From: Octopus vulgaris
Taxonomy: Eukaryota
DNA length: 64,000 nucleotides
Assembly (NCBI GenBank): GCA_951406725.2
Contig: OX597831.1
Coordinates: 50,778,001 to 50,842,000 of the forward strand
Direction of reading: 5' to 3'
Part shown: positions 26,615 through 41,882 of the stretch, in pieces
Position numbering within the stretch: the first letter of the stretch is position 1
Layout of the letters: each line of letters starts with the position of its first letter
Made by a program: the position numbers and the translations under genes
The notes under the pieces: generated by a model
What the model was told of the DNA's origin: nothing
The model's database searches: none
What the model saw: the letters and a program-made list of their open reading frames with translations, nothing else

Positions 26615-27405
26615 GGTGGTGAGCTGACAGAACTGTTAGCACGCCGGACAAAGTGCATTGCTGCATTTCCATGTTTCTTAGTTCAAATTCCATTCGAGGA
26701 AAATAAAATAAGTACTAGTTAAGCAATATGGTTTTTGTAGCCCCCACTCCATAAGATTTCGGACCTACAATAGAAAGAATTGAAAGATGGCAGAATCAAT
26801 TGATCGTAAAATGTTTAGTGGCATTTCGTCGTCTTAATGTTCTGAGTTCAAATTCTGCCGAGTTTGAGTTTGACTTTCATCCTTTCAGGGTCGATGAAAT
26901 AAATTCCTCTTGAGTACAAGGGTCGATGTAATCGACTACCCCTCTTCTCCAAAATGTCATGCTTTGTGCCTATAACAGATATAATTATTATTATTAAGGC
27001 AGGAAGCTGTCAGGATCGTTAGCACGCAGGGCAGAGAGCCTAACAGCACTTTTCTGGCTTTACGTTCTGCGGTCAACTTTGCCTTCCATCCTTCAGTATC
27101 GATAAAATAAGTACAAGTTAACAACTGGAATTGATGCAACTGACTATCTTCTTCCTCCAAAATGTAAGGCAGGTCTTGAGCCTATAGTAGAAAATTATTT
27201 TTAAGATAGTGAGCTGGCAGAATTGTTATCGCATCAGAGAAAATGCTTAGCGGCATTTCTTCCTACTCTGTATATGTTCTAAATTCAAATTCTGCCGAAA
27301 TTAAACTTCGCCTTGGGGAAATAAGTTCCAGTCAAACAATGGAGCCTATCGACTATTCTTCCCCTCCAAATAAAATCATTGATCTTGTGGCAGGATTTAA
27401 CACCA
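26615..27405 (+). mobile_element. Cluster of about four degenerate SINE family C copies, head-to-tail
   Basis: Repeated gagctg(a/g)cagaa / ttcaaattc / ccttcag..tcgat motifs separated by AT-rich tails. Confidence 0.7.
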
Positions 27406-27990
27406 TTATTGTTATTCAATTTTAAACACTATTAGGTTTGGAACAGTTTCCTACAAATTAAGTTGCCTAAACATTATATACCAAAGGTATTTAACTAGAA
27501 ATGAACGGTGAAAATCGTGTATGATGTTAAGTTTGAAAGAAGGTGAGAATAGATAAATTTGTAAATGAATACTGACACTTTACAAGATATTTGTTCAACT
27601 ACGACTTAAAGATAGAGCAAACGAGATATCCTCTCTTTAATTATATCGAGTAAGACATACTAATGCATAGATACATAGGTAGATGTGTCATCCAGAAGGC
27701 CCTGGGGGCTGGAGTTTGCTTGTAACTGGTCTGTTGCATTAAATATATTACAGTGAAAGGCTGAAATGCTAATGATGTTGTACTTTTCATTTTCTTCCAT
27801 TTGAATTTCTGATAGATTAGAAAATGTTGTAAGCTAGCTGACTAGATAGGTCTCTGTAATTAAAATCTTCGCTTAGCAGCTATATGAAGCTAGGTTCCAT
27901 CTTGCAGTGCAGTACCTTAGGTAGCTACCTTCTACTAGGTCTCGAGAAAGCTTTGTGGATGAAATATAGTTGATAGATAACTGTGTACAA

Positions 27991-28286
27991 CAGGGTTTCT
28001 TAACCATTTATTACCTATAGACCCTTTTGGTAACGATGTTTAAATAGTAGTTTTTTAGAAACTTCTTTAAAACTTCCTATTTCGTTTTCCACACATTAAC
28101 GTGTGTTAGTTGAACTATGAAAATGTTAGAGACAAAAACCTAGCTGTTTCTTGCAATACATACCAATACACTCATCGAATACAAAACGTTTTCAGGGGTC
28201 CTTGAAACATTATTGTGCATCTCCAATTTACTAATTTGTTGCGGGGACCCCCAAAATTTTTATATCGGCCCCGTTGAGAACTACTG
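27991..28286. mobile_element. hAT-type MITE with 8-bp TSD
   Basis: TIRs cagggtttcttaac / gttgagaactactg. Flanks gtgtacaa and gtgtaaaa (8 bp, 1 mismatch). Confidence 0.75.
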
Positions 28287-28921
28287 GTGTAAAAGTTCAT
28301 CGAAATGATTGTTCCTTATCTTGGTGTCAAACTTAATCCAACGCTCGGTTTAATACTATTACCTGCCCTTGGACGTCTATAGCTCACATGAAACTGACCA
28401 CGTAGTCAGTATTTTATACAATAGATGTGGTCTGTGGTGGTGCATAGGAAGCACTCCGTGATATGGGAGGAGTACTTGTTTCATTGTGTAAAGGTGGTGA
28501 TATTCAGAATGAAATAAGGGGTACAACAGCGGGAAAGGCAACATGTAAAGATTACATTTGGATAGATGAGAGTTCCACGGAACAGTATATCGTGCAGCCT
28601 GCAGTTGTGCGTCAAGAAGGAGAGTGTTGATTGGGGAAGGGAAATATTCGTGAATTTATATAATCGGATGTTACTATCACCACCATTACAACGGAACTGT
28701 ACAGCCACATAGTTCCTGTTTTACAGTAAGATGGATTATAGTCTAGAAAGTTAAATATGTTCGTGACAGACATTTCCCAGGGCGAACAACTAAAGATGTG
28801 CACATACCTTAGGACTGATGATCCGAGGATCCTGCTGTTGCTCTTAACACCAGCCTCACGAACATCTTTCACTATTACAACTACTGCTGCTGCTGCTGCT
28901 AAAGACGACGACGACGACGAC

Positions 28922-28952
<31 letters not shown>

Positions 28953-31029
28953 CGGGATCTTGTCAACACTCAACTCCAGACTCAAGAAAATAATTCCCAA
29001 CTGCTACTACTCCCATTTCTACTACTACTACTATTACTACTACTACTACTACTACTATTACTACTACTACTACTACTACTACTACTACCACAACTACTGC
29101 TACTACAACTACTACTACTACAACAACTACTACTACTACTATTCTGCTGTACACAGTTCGTCAAAAATAAGAAACAAATATTTATCTAGTTTACTCAAGA
29201 TTTAGTTTGGACTGAAATTTTCGTTGTGATTTAGAAGTGACATGATATTAGGAACTTCCAACAGCATTTTCCTAGAAGATTTGAACTGAGTAACCTAGAC
29301 GAATGCATCTTTAGTCAATTACTTCTACTTCAAAAGACAATGAGTTCTACCAGCCTTCAGCATTATGGAGCAGTTCATCACAGAATAGGTATATCAAAAG
29401 ATATCTGTTTACTCACCACTGGTGTATAAAGTTGATGCCTATGGTTATGAACTACTGACTATTAGGATAAAAGTCAGACACAACATAAACTTGAGTCGTC
29501 ACCTGGTACCTTTTCTTTTAAGCGTGCAGTATTAAAGAAAAGCAGACATTTTTAAGTTATCAAAAATGAATTAAAATCGATATTATTGCGTTACGATACC
29601 TATGTGTATAACTGTTAGTAATAAATCAATATTCACAGTTTAAATTCTTTTACGTTTGGTTTTAATTAAGTTAACAAGTTTTAAGCAACACCCACTCTGC
29701 TGAAAGTAAAGAACTGAAAGAAATAAAGCCAATATAATAGCCATAATAAAAGATACCAGACAGAAAATAATGGGAACTAAAGACCACAATAAAACGAATT
29801 GTTATAAAGTTATATCATAAAGGAAATATTTTCAATTGAAGATTAAGTTAAGTATTTCGCTATAGTTTCCAGCTAGTATTACAAATGGAACCATTTGCAT
29901 TCTTTACGTCACGTCGGCGATAGAAATACACTTATACATGAAATTCTCATTTCAGTGTTATCCAAATGGTATTTTCGTGGCGACCTTCCTTCTTTATTGT
30001 TGGTTCGTCATCTTGGTCTTCTTTAGTTGCTTGGTGCCTTCATATGCAAACCAACTTGGTAAATATTCTTTTCAGATTAGTAAATATAAATAAACAGTAA
30101 TCCGTTGAAAGAGATCTTTAATTAACAGTGATACAGTGCTGGACTAAATTCCTCTTAGTATCTATTCTCATCCTTCTTCGTTCTCAGTTCAAATCGTATC
30201 AAAACTGAATGCAATTTCAGATCGAGGTTAAGTTTCCATTGTACATAAAGGGAGATTCAGTAAATTATTTTTTTATTGCTTTCTTATCTTCGAACACCGG
30301 CTCCAATTTCAATAATTCTTTTAGGCGATAATGTGGAACCCAGTATCTACATCAGTATGGTATATATTTTTTTATCGAAAATGTTTATGGAAATTTCAAT
30401 CACGTAGTTTGCCTCTGGTGCTGAATTCGCCATTCAAGAGGAAAGAATCTCTTCAAAGATGAAGAACCTGCATGTTTAATTTCTAATTTAAAACTTTTAT
30501 AATTCCTTTTCTTACACATCATAAAGTTTCTAATTTGTTTTCTGTCGTCGGTAGCCACGTACTACTTCATTTTTCTTTGGAATCGTGAGTGTGACATAAC
30601 TCAAGACGTAATTTACTTTAGCAAACTTCAACATTCTACGAAGAAGAAAGAGAGAAAATAAAGATAGAAGGTAGTTCATAGATTAAAGACATGTTTTATC
30701 TTTTTTTTTTCCTTCATACTAAGTAGTTAAGTGTTTAGTAGTAGAATAAAGAAAGAGAAATTTCTAACATACAAATAAAATACTTCCAATGCGATTCTAC
30801 TTTGCAAAATAGTTCTTTGTGTAGTCACAGTGAATGTTTTCGCCACGAACAAGTTTCAGAAGCCCGCTTTAGTATAGTCTTCTCGTGTGCAGATATGGAA
30901 ATATAATCGTTTTTATAACACCTAGAAACGCAGGTGCCCAGAGGAAACCCACAACTCCGAAATATTGAAACTGCACGGTTACATTTAAAAGCATTGTTTC
31001 CCCGTCAGTGGGGAAACAATGTATCTCCC

Positions 31030-31775
31030 ATGAGCTTATTTCTTTAGGTTGCTACAGCTGCAGAATCCAATACTGTTCATTGGGGAGGAGGTAAAGTGAT
31101 CCACTCTTTTGACGGAATTCCACTTGTCCATGAAAGTTCTCCTTCTCTGAAGAGATCTGCTCCAATGTAACGGAGGAGTATTTTCTGATGTTCATCAAAG
31201 AAAATATTTGAATTCATCAATATTAGCAATAAAGTACTGTTTTAGCAACTCTGATGGTTCAACAAGAACAGGAAGATTAATTTTTCCATTAGAACAGCAC
31301 ATAGCAGTTGTTACTTATTTCCATTTTTTTTTTTTTTGTTTTTTGGGGGGGGTCAAGCACATGTCAGAAATTTTAAATATGTCAGAAATTTTCAAAAGCG
31401 TATTCATGCCCAGATTCACAATTGAAAAATACCTCTCTTCCATTACTCATGTTTATATGTCCAATGTGAATCCCTCTACTTGTCTTACTCTTTTACTTTT
31501 TCTTTTCTCCTAGACCTGGCACTGTTTGAAAGATCTTATGGTGTCTATGTGAAGCTTTTTTTTACAATATTCTGTTAAAGGCGTGCCCGTCACTCACCAA
31601 GTGCCTCCAATTCTCTATGGAGAGCTTGTCTGACAGCATTCCGTAGTCGTTGAGCTTATCCTTGATACGTCGTCTCTAGTCAGCTGTCTTCAGGCAGTCT
31701 AGTAACATTCTGTTCGCGGTGGCCCTCACCTTAACTGTTAGCCTCACTTTTAGAGCACGTTTGCATTTGGCATCA
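31030..31775 (-). pseudogene. Helitron RepHel N-terminal fragment (decayed)
   Basis: The minus strand reads KWK*VTTAMCCSNGKINLPVLVEPSELLKQ...NIRKYSS...GQVEFRQKSGSLYLLPNEQ, matching the Helitron MCCxxGKVxLP / NIRxYNS / GQVYHxxGSL motifs. Confidence 0.7.
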
Positions 31776-32731
31776 GAGAACGTTGTAAGAGTGGAGCATG
31801 ATTTTCTAGTACATTATTAAAATAAAAATCATTTCTAGCAAATCGCTCATGAACTTTCGGGATACAAACCTATCTATCATGAATTACTACGAACTCACGC
31901 TTTCCTGATTTTCCCGTTTAACTTTTATATTTTTATACTCACTTCTCTATAATCATTTTATAAACTCTATGGTGACATCAACAACCACTTGTCCATCTTT
32001 TATTTTATTAGTCGTGACCGGGATTCGAATTATCATCCACAAAATTTGACTTCCTGCTAAATTTAATTAAAATCGTGATATCCGCCAAAACTGCAACAAT
32101 GCAACTTGATTTCTTGTAATCACTGTTTTTTACATTACTCTCAGTAGGATACGAGAGAGAGGGAGGGACAGAGAGAGGGAGAGAGAGAAGAAAAGGCAGA
32201 TTGGTGAAAATGATATTGGTAGTATTATATGAAGAGGTGATATCGAAGGAAAGACAAGGAAAAAAAAGATAGTGCAGAAAAAGAGAAATATATGACGGAG
32301 GGAGATATAAAGAAAGTCAAACGTATAGGACAAAGAAAGCGGGAAGATAGCAGGAGGAAAGTAAGACTATTTAAAGTAGTGAAAGAGAAACGAAACAAAC
32401 AGAATTAGACAGCAATAGAGAGAGAAAGAGGAAAACTAGATGATGCTTTCAATGAAGAGCAGGAAGAGGTAGAATAGTAAAACATAGAGATTCAGAATTA
32501 ATGAGGCAGGAGACAGCAGGTGATAACTATATACAAAGGGGAAAAAAAGGAGGTGAAAGTATAACGACGAGTAGAAAGAAATACTTAAAGTACTATCCGT
32601 TTGGAAGAAGATTGTCACTGACACAAACATTCTCAACTATATAACGCAAACGTATACGGCAAGTTTGTACACTATTTGCATCCACTAAATTTTACTTGCA
32701 CGTCATTGATCAGCCAGCGACTAATGTAGAA

Positions 32732-33230
32732 GAAATTTGCCGAGCGGTTCCAAAGTGATATTTTTAAGCACTCGACTGCGTTTTTTCTCATGAAATTGTT
32801 TGTATTTCTTACATTGATGCAAAGATTTATAGGCAAAGGGAATATAATCGATTGACATGGTAGTGACGTCTGAGAGATTGGAACTGAGAATTTAAGCACT
32901 TAGTCGGCCCACTGAAGATAGAAGTTAGATGATATCGAGATATTTCTGTGAAAGGTAAGGCTGATGTACAATATGAAATTTGCCAAGAGGTTCCAAAGTG
33001 AGATTTTTTAACACTCGACTATGTTTTCTCTCATAAAGTTGTTTGTATTTATTATGTTGGTTCAAAAATCTAGAGATCTTGAGGCAAAGGGGAGATAATC
33101 GATTGAGATGGTATTGATGTCGGAAAAAGTGAAACTAGGAATTTAAACACTTAGTCGGCCCACTGAAGTTAGATTATATCAGGCTATTTCTCTGAAAAAT
33201 AAGGTTGGTATACAATGTGAATTTCCGAAG
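32732..33230. repeat. Diverged ~243-bp tandem duplication (two copies plus start of a third)
   Basis: gaaatttgcc..ggttccaaagtga starts at 32732 and 32975. cacttagtcggcccactgaag is identical in both copies. Confidence 0.85.
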
Positions 33231-34250
33231 GTTTTTTTTATTTTTTTAGACTGGCACAAATTGTTTCTATAATTCTACAGCCTTACACTTTGAATAACAA
33301 TAATTACTGGTATTATCATTGATTAACTCCAGAACCCCAGAATGGATCTATGTTCAAAAGCAATTCATCCCATCTTTTTGTCTCACACTTTCTATCTGGT
33401 ACAGCTTCCAGCATATCCTGCAATTTTAAAAGTTTTTTGGATATGATGTGACAATATTTGACTGTTATTTCTAGAAAGTCAGCCAACCACGTAGAAGCTC
33501 CCCGTTAGTTGTTTTATTAATTATTTGTGTAAGTTGATGGAAATTTCAGGGATAACAAAGCACTGTAATTCCTAGTTCAATCCCTCGAGTCAACAACTTT
33601 TCGATTGCCAAGTTCAATAAAATATAAACCACTACTATGCTGGAATTTGTCCAAACTTCCTATACAAACGAAAACAATTGCACAAAACCAGTTTTTGTAA
33701 AGGGCTAGAGATGTAGAAAATTTAATCAACTCAAGTTTGCTAATGGTATTTATTTTACAGATCCCGAAGAATGAAAGGCAAATTCGCACCTGGTGTTCCC
33801 AATGGAATTTCATTTGAGAATATGCAAGACTAGAGTAATATTTAGAAGAAAATTAAATACTGCAATACCGTTTATGCTCATTCATTTCCATTTAGTCGGA
33901 ATAAATTTATTTTATAATTAACGAAGCAGAAAACCAAATTTTGCCGCGTGAGAAACAGTATTAATTGATTTCATCTCACAATATAATTATTTTGTCGACG
34001 GTGATTTGCCAGAGGACCATCGGATAGAACGCCTTGCGGTACGTTCTCCAGTTTTCAGTTGTCTGAGTTCAAATTCCCACATGTCCCAAGCTTTGTCTTT
34101 TACGCCTTCCCAGTTGATAAATAACATACCGTTCCAGGGCAGTGGGTAAGCAAAATTGTTAGACGGTCAGACGTAATTAACGCCTTGTGATATTTGCTGA
34201 AGCTGAACTACTCAACCGTACAGACATACAATCAATAGTGGTGGTGGTGG

Positions 34251-34281
<31 letters not shown>

Positions 34282-34519
34282 GGTGCTGGTGGTGGTGGTG
34301 GTGGTGGTGGTGTTGGTGCTGGTGCTGGTGCTGGTGGTATACCGCCGCTGTACGAGGAGAAGTTTAGTTATTTGATCTGCTCCTGAACTAAGGTGAAATT
34401 TCACTCACAAGATAAGCACCGGCTCCTGGTTAGAGAAAATGACATTTGCCCAACATGCGATGCAACGGGATCGAATCCGGTTGTGAACTGAACTTAATCA
34501 TTCAGCTATGTTGCGCCTA

Positions 34520-36260
34520 TCAACAGGAGGCGAGAGAGATATGTCAGCATATGCAGACGATGTCATCGTAATGGTGTCGTACATCAAACAACATCGACGT
34601 CATCCGTACTGCTCTGAAGGCGTATGAAGTGGTGACAGAAGCAAACCTTAACCAGGAAAATTCGTTGAGCTTGCAGCTTGCAGCTTTGCACATGGAGAGT
34701 CAAGCCCATGCTATTCAACAGTGTTGTGGATCACTGGAAGGGGGATGGATTAGATAAATTACTCATGATCTACATGGGTTCAAACGTCCAGATGACAAGA
34801 TCTGGGACGAGCTAACGAGCAAGGGGTCCAATCTTATCCAGAAATCGGCAGAGAGTGAGCTATCCCTAAAGTTAGGTAGAGGTAGCAAATGCCTACAGTG
34901 CATCCGTCATCTGATACCACCTCGCAAGCTTTATAGTTGAGCAGGCTGGATCACCTATTCTACCACTTCCTGAGCAGGCATTTGCTATCAACATCCGCTG
35001 CATAGTGCACTAGGTATGCTGTGGCTAATGATGCGCAATTGTGTGCTGCGGCTGCGAGATCTCCAGCTCTTCTGCAACCATGAGAAGGTAGAGTCACCGT
35101 TTGTCATCCTTAATTTTCCATAGATCGTTATTTCAAAAAGTTGTTGTCTTGGCTCACAGGTAGACCATAGCAAGACTGATGTCTGGCACCGAGAATGTTT
35201 TCAGCCCTTCACAGCCTTGTGCTTGTGGAGGCACATGGCCTAGTGGTTAGAGCAGCGGACTGGCGGTCGAGAGATCGCGGGTTCGAATCTCAGACCGGGT
35301 GATGTGTGTTTATGAGCGAAACACCTAAGCTCCACGCGGCTCCGGCAGACTCTTTCGCCACAACTTTCTCTCACTCTTCCCTCCTGCACCTAGCAGCTCA
35401 ACTGCGACGGACCGGCGTCCCGTCCAGGTGGGGAACCTATACGCCGAGGAAACCGGGAAACCGGCCCTTATGAGCCAGGCATGGCTCGAGAAGGAATAAA
35501 GAAAGCCTTCTGCTTGTCGGGCAGTACGGTTGGTGGAAGCACAACCATGCCTTTCGATAGGAGATTAACGGCTGGTAGAAGATACAACGCTTTCGGCGAA
35601 AATCTGGGTGTCGATAAAAATCAATTGGTTTGTCAGTTCCAGAAGACTTTCTGTCCGGGCCTTGCAGGTAATTTCCAGAAACCTCTGGACTAGTCGTACT
35701 AACAGGAGTGCATTGCCGATTCAAGATAAACTCTATAATTGTGGTAATGCCGTCACTCTGGCCTGCAGGAGAATCGCGCAGAGCGACGAAACTGGCCTAC
35801 ACACGCTGGCACTGTACCCGAACATTGCTGTTATGTTAAACAGCTGTTATCATAGATAAGTGGGATCCGGTTACTGACTGACTCCAGTTTGAAATCACCA
35901 AAAGAAGATAAATGCCTTCCTTTCCTTTGTTCAGCAAGTGCAGGCAGTTTTCCTCTGCTTGTTGGCAACGACCAAAAAGTTTGTATGTTGAATGAGAATG
36001 AAATGACAAAAGATTTTCCTCTCCGGTTTCATCGACTTCTTTAAACACCCGTCGACCTTTTTTAATTCCTGTTCGTAAGGAAGGAAAGTTGAGTGTTGAG
36101 AATGAGTGCCCATCCATCCCAAACCCATTAAATTTGTTGAAAGGTGGATGGCTGTCGAGCGGACGACCCGTGTGAGTGGGCCAACTCTAAGTTGGCGCTT
36201 CAAGTATAGAAGAGGGGCACCTCTCCGTGGTTGCTATAATTTTCTGGTTGATTGTTGTTT
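34520..36260 (+). mobile_element. L1/Tx1-clade LINE ORF2 fragment (RT to C-terminal zinc knuckle), decayed, interrupted by a SINE
   Basis: SAYADDVIVMVS at about 34545-34580, ANLNQENS, ALPIQDKL, and ACRRIAQSDETGLHTLALYP (degenerate CxxC..ET..H...CP). Confidence 0.75.
35225..35503 (+). mobile_element. tRNA-derived SINE (family B head plus Meta/V-like body) nested in the LINE
   Basis: gtggaggcacatggcctagtggttagagcagcggact head, gcgacggaccggcgtcccgtccagg body. TSD agcctt(g/c)tgcttgt. Confidence 0.85.
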
Positions 36261-36345
36261 TTACTGTTTACTCGTCTATGTGCATCAGTTGTCTTTGTAC
36301 TACTTACGCTTGAGCAGATCTTGTGGTCAGTAAAATATCACCACT

Positions 36346-36389
<44 letters not shown>

Positions 36390-37329
36390 TATCATTATCA
36401 TTGTTGTTATTATTATAATCATCATCATCATTATTAGTGTTGTTATTATTATGCGATTGACCTTTACATTTAACCTCAGAATTGCTCTTCTTATCGTCCA
36501 AAAATATTCTATAAATTTATTCTTAATACTAAAAAATACAATTTTTTACCAAAAAAAAAACTATAAAAATGTGAGGAGATGTGAGGAGTTTTCTTTTTCG
36601 TTTAATGTACTTTATACATATTTTTTTGTTTTATATGTTTCCTTATTTTATATGCTTCTTTCGATATGTATGCGTGTGAATGAGTGCGTTTTTGTTTGAT
36701 ACTTTCTTACTTCCTTGCTATGATCAACGAGACCCACTCAACCATCATCTCCAGAACCGCACTGCCATCTTACCATCTCTGCAGTAAGAGTTGTAATAAG
36801 AACAATAACAGGAGCAGTAGCTTCAATATCAATGAGAACAAATGCAACAAAACAAATATATTTTGTACTACCATCACCACATGCACTGCCGCCACCACCA
36901 ACAACACCTTGGCCTATGCTGCCACTACTGCAACCCCCACATCAAAACCCCTCCATCATCAATGCCACGACTATAGAAATAGCAATAGTGGCCAAACATG
37001 GAGCCACTTTGTTATCTCTTATCCTTTCATCAAAGTCCGTACAAGATGTATTTAACAAAATATATCAAAACTATAGTAAACACTCTTTAAATTTTTACCA
37101 CAGGAAAGTCATCAAAAGCACCTATATGGATATAGAGGGATTTACCATCACACATTATATCCACGTTGCGATAATTCACGAAATATTTTACAAACTGAAT
37201 ATTGCAGAACATTCTATAACAAAATATGACCGCAAAAGGCTCCTATTAGGCTTGAACACAGGTGTAACTTTATCATCTAATTCAAAACACGCTTCAGTCT
37301 TTCTGCAGAGACCTAGTCTGACCGAAAGT

Positions 37330-39019
37330 ACTTGCTGATAGATTTTTTAAAAATTTTCTCTTTAACTTTTCAGACGAATTATTTTTAGAGGGACAGCTAT
37401 TTACGTTTTTACAATAGAGATTTATGAAGTGGTCCCATAAATCGAATAATTCTAAATAATCAGTACCAAACAGATCGGTTGCATTTTTAACGACGAAGCC
37501 TTGCATGTTTTCCCTCGAAATGTGACATTAGCCCACATTTCGCCAATGAAATGTAATTTGTTGCCCGTCACGTTACCAGCAGATTTCACTGCTTTCTCAG
37601 CACAGGTTTCCCTATTCTCTTCCATGTGTCCATATCTATTATTGAAGTATCATTTCCAGTAGCCTATTGAAGCTTAATATGTATTCCATTTATTTTCACG
37701 TGTACGAATTTTCTTATTCGAGAGTCGGCTTTTGTTTCTGCTGAGAGTACTTTTTAGCGCTTGATCTTCGTAATTTTGTTCTGCAGTGTGAACTCTTGTG
37801 ACCAATTCTTTTGTAACTGTAGCATTTTTTTATTTTTAAAAGGAACAGTTTTTTCTGAAATAAATGCCCCCACATCCATAACATGGATTCGGACATGGCG
37901 CTCTTTTTTTGTTGAACTTTTCCGGTCGGCACATCTGTATTTTGGAGGAATCCTTTTCTTGAATTTTTTCTACACCGTGCTTCAGGTAAACTATCCTTTG
38001 GCATTCTTCTGCCATGGACTTTAAGGTTAGATCTTGGTTCGCTTGTTCTAATTTAGAAAGAATTCTAGTTCGAGTTTCTGTATCTTCGCTTGTTGTAAGG
38101 TCTTGTACGAAAATAAGACATTTGAGCATCTCAGGTGTAAGTTCCTTGAGTTTAAATCTTTCACACATCCTGTTGACTGTTCCTGTAGATGTGATAAAAT
38201 CCCCATTCTCTTTTTTCGTTATATTCTAACACTCTTTTCGAGTGTTAAATAGAGAAGTTTTATCATCGAATATGTTAGACAGTAATTCTATTGTTTCTTT
38301 AAAACAAATTTCATTGAGTTGTTTGGGAGGCGATATGAAATTACAGTAACGTTCATGCTCTAACGGAGCTAATTTTCGCAATAAAAATCTCACTTTTTGT
38401 TCGTCCAACCATGATTTGCAATCTTGCTCAAAAATCTCCTTGTATATTCTGTAATACAATGCAAAAGTTATCCCCTCCTTTGGGTTATAACTGAATGTAT
38501 TAATCGAGTTCGAAACGTCGTCTGACGAAAACGAACTTACCTCAATTTTCGACTTCTTTGAATATAGCTCCATTAATTGTTGTTTTTGTAGTTGCTGATG
38601 TAATAGTTGTTTCTGCAACTCCCGTTGCTTCTCTTGTTGTTGCTTTTGCAACATTACAATGCAAGCTAATATGTCTTCCATTATTTAACAACAACAACGA
38701 ACAAATTTTTAAATAACCTATGTGAGCTTCGATACCCTCATCGCCAGATCTTGCAAAAGTAATTTGTTACGTACACGAAATAAGATGCCCAGAAAACAAT
38801 ACAAACAATATAACAAACTAACAAATCTCTTTACGAACCAAGAATCAATACTCCTAGTGAACTAACAAACGGACATCTTCCGACTTCACTGCGAACTAAC
38901 ACGAGCTTCACTCCACTCCGAACTCTGAACCTCGAGCTCACTCGGATCTATACTATTTATCTTTAACTCGGACGAGTCTATCTCTCGCAAGGAGACGTCG
39001 CAACTCTCATCACAGCACA
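37330..39019 (-). mobile_element. Ty3/gypsy LTR retrotransposon (Mag-like), 5' LTR + PBS + gag/protease, truncated
   Basis: LTR-like segment at about 38765-39019 (tg...ca) and PBS tggcgatgaggg at 38735-38746. gag ORF pieces 38681->38226 and 38168->37836 (KVRFLLRKL..EHERYCNFI; CYGCGG...C and KC...GHKSSHC zinc knuckles). Degenerate protease KLQ*ATGNDTSII (LDTG). No RT or integrase visible. Confidence 0.85.
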
Positions 39020-39895
39020 TTCACACCTTGGTTATTTGCCTCGAACCGACCAAAGCCTTATAAGTGGATATGGTAGGGGAAACTGAGAGAAGATCAATGT
39101 GTGTGTGCATGTGTGTATGCGTGCTTGTGCTTGTTCCATACCACTGGTTGACAACCGATTTTGATAGATAGATAGATAGATAGATAGAGACAGACAGACA
39201 GATAGATAGGTAGACAGAGAGAGAGAGGGATAGGTAGGCAGAGAGAGAGAGAGTGATAGACAGTCAGACAGACAGACAGACAGATAGGCAGGCAGACAGA
39301 TAGACAGACAGACAGACAGACAGACATCTGAATAGTATTGACTGAAGATGTTACAACTCTTTCAAAATTAATTGTAATGAAAGGGTTTATTTTCTTAAGT
39401 TAGTGATTTAAATATATTTTTCCTGTTGATGTTACTGAAGAGGTCGATCAGATTTATAATCAGTTTTTGCTTTTTTTTCCTTCTTATTTTGCAAATATAT
39501 TGATTTTTCCTCTTCATTACCGAATTCATATTTCATTCTGCATCGAAAGGTTGAACGATACCCCAGTGATTTAAAGTATTTTGTGCTTGTTACGGAAATT
39601 TTACTGGAATCTCTCACTGCCAGCTGTTGGAATGCCGTTAACCCTACTAAGTTCTCCTGTCATTTGACAGGTTTTGCTTTTCGTCCTGTAAGGTGTCTAA
39701 TGAAAAGCCACCCTCCTCATATCAAGTAGGCTTTGAAGGGTTGGTGGCCTAGTCACTGACGGCCTGGTCATGCATGAATGCATACATACATACATACATA
39801 CATAGATACATACATAGATGCATACACAGATACATATACACATACATACATATACACATATATGCATACATACACACATATGTACACGCATATTC

Positions 39896-39928
<33 letters not shown>

Positions 39929-39929
39929 G

Positions 39930-39970
<41 letters not shown>

Positions 39971-40798
39971 CACTAATACATACATACACACAAACACACA
40001 CATACATACATACACACACATACATATGTACACACACATACATATATACACACACATATATACACATACATATATATATACATACATACAGGAATCATCT
40101 GCATTTTTATACGAATTCAGTATACTGGAGTTGTCCTATTAAAACATGAACGTGATTCTGATGCGCGCAAAAATTATAGGCCATCCATCGTGGTCTGATA
40201 ATATCTTTGAGTAAGGAACTACTAGTAAGCATAGAGGCCGATGGATAATTGGTATTAATTTGTCTCTCCATCAATCTTTCTCTCATTTTCTCTCCCTCTC
40301 TCTACCCTCTCTCTCAAACGCACACTTCCTGATTCTTTCTCTCCTCCATTCATTCTCTCTTCTTCTTCTTCTTCATTCTCTCTCTCCTTGGTAGGGAGAA
40401 AATGTTCTTTCTTTTTTTTTCACTGTGTATATACCTCAGTCTAATGTCTGACAGGCGAGACGATAGGGCAACGCTGAGTTAATGACATCTATTGAGGCGG
40501 AAACATGACTAAACAGTATTCTCTTATCATCAGAAAACAAAAGCAGACTGGCTTTTTCCTAAATGTCTATTTAATTCAGATGTATTTGCTGATTCCATGA
40601 GAATAAATCCACTTCGCATTAGGAACCGACTGCAATGGCAGCTAGACAATTCTTTACTTTCTGTTGCGGGAAAGATATTTTCAATAAATCTAGAATATAT
40701 CATGCTATATATTTCGTATATATTTCTCCATCATCCCTGTCCAATTTCATAGCATAACTGGCCACGCTAAGTTATTTCTCTCAACTGATTTTCGTTTG

Positions 40799-40851
<53 letters not shown>

Positions 40852-41096
40852 TAGACATAGACATATATATGCACATACATACACAGGACACACACAAACA
40901 GACACGCACACACATATAGAAAAAATGTATAAAACTTAATTGAATGGCTTTAAATATCAGTACAGACAATATTGACAGAATAAAAATTTATATCAAAGTA
41001 TGCTTTACCTTTATATACAGAGATCTGTAATTAATCGCTTCTTGAAGAACCAATAAAAATAATATATACGCACACACACACGCATACACACACACA

Positions 41097-41882
<786 letters not shown>

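Noticed and set aside
26351-29205. Poly-I/Y/L/N/D/S ORFs (also 21855-22096, 34177-34404, 36252-36501, 58710-59138)
   Set aside because: Triplet microsatellites that are open in several frames, with no splice or coding context.
29276-29388. Possible 113-bp host exon (ttttcctag ... ag/gtatat, one open frame)
   Set aside because: The donor is weak, the peptide is unrecognisable and no partner exons were found. It would need RNA-seq support.
36832-37338. 168-aa ORF
   Set aside because: It is partly built on degenerate (CAC/CAA)n repeats and has no recognisable motif.
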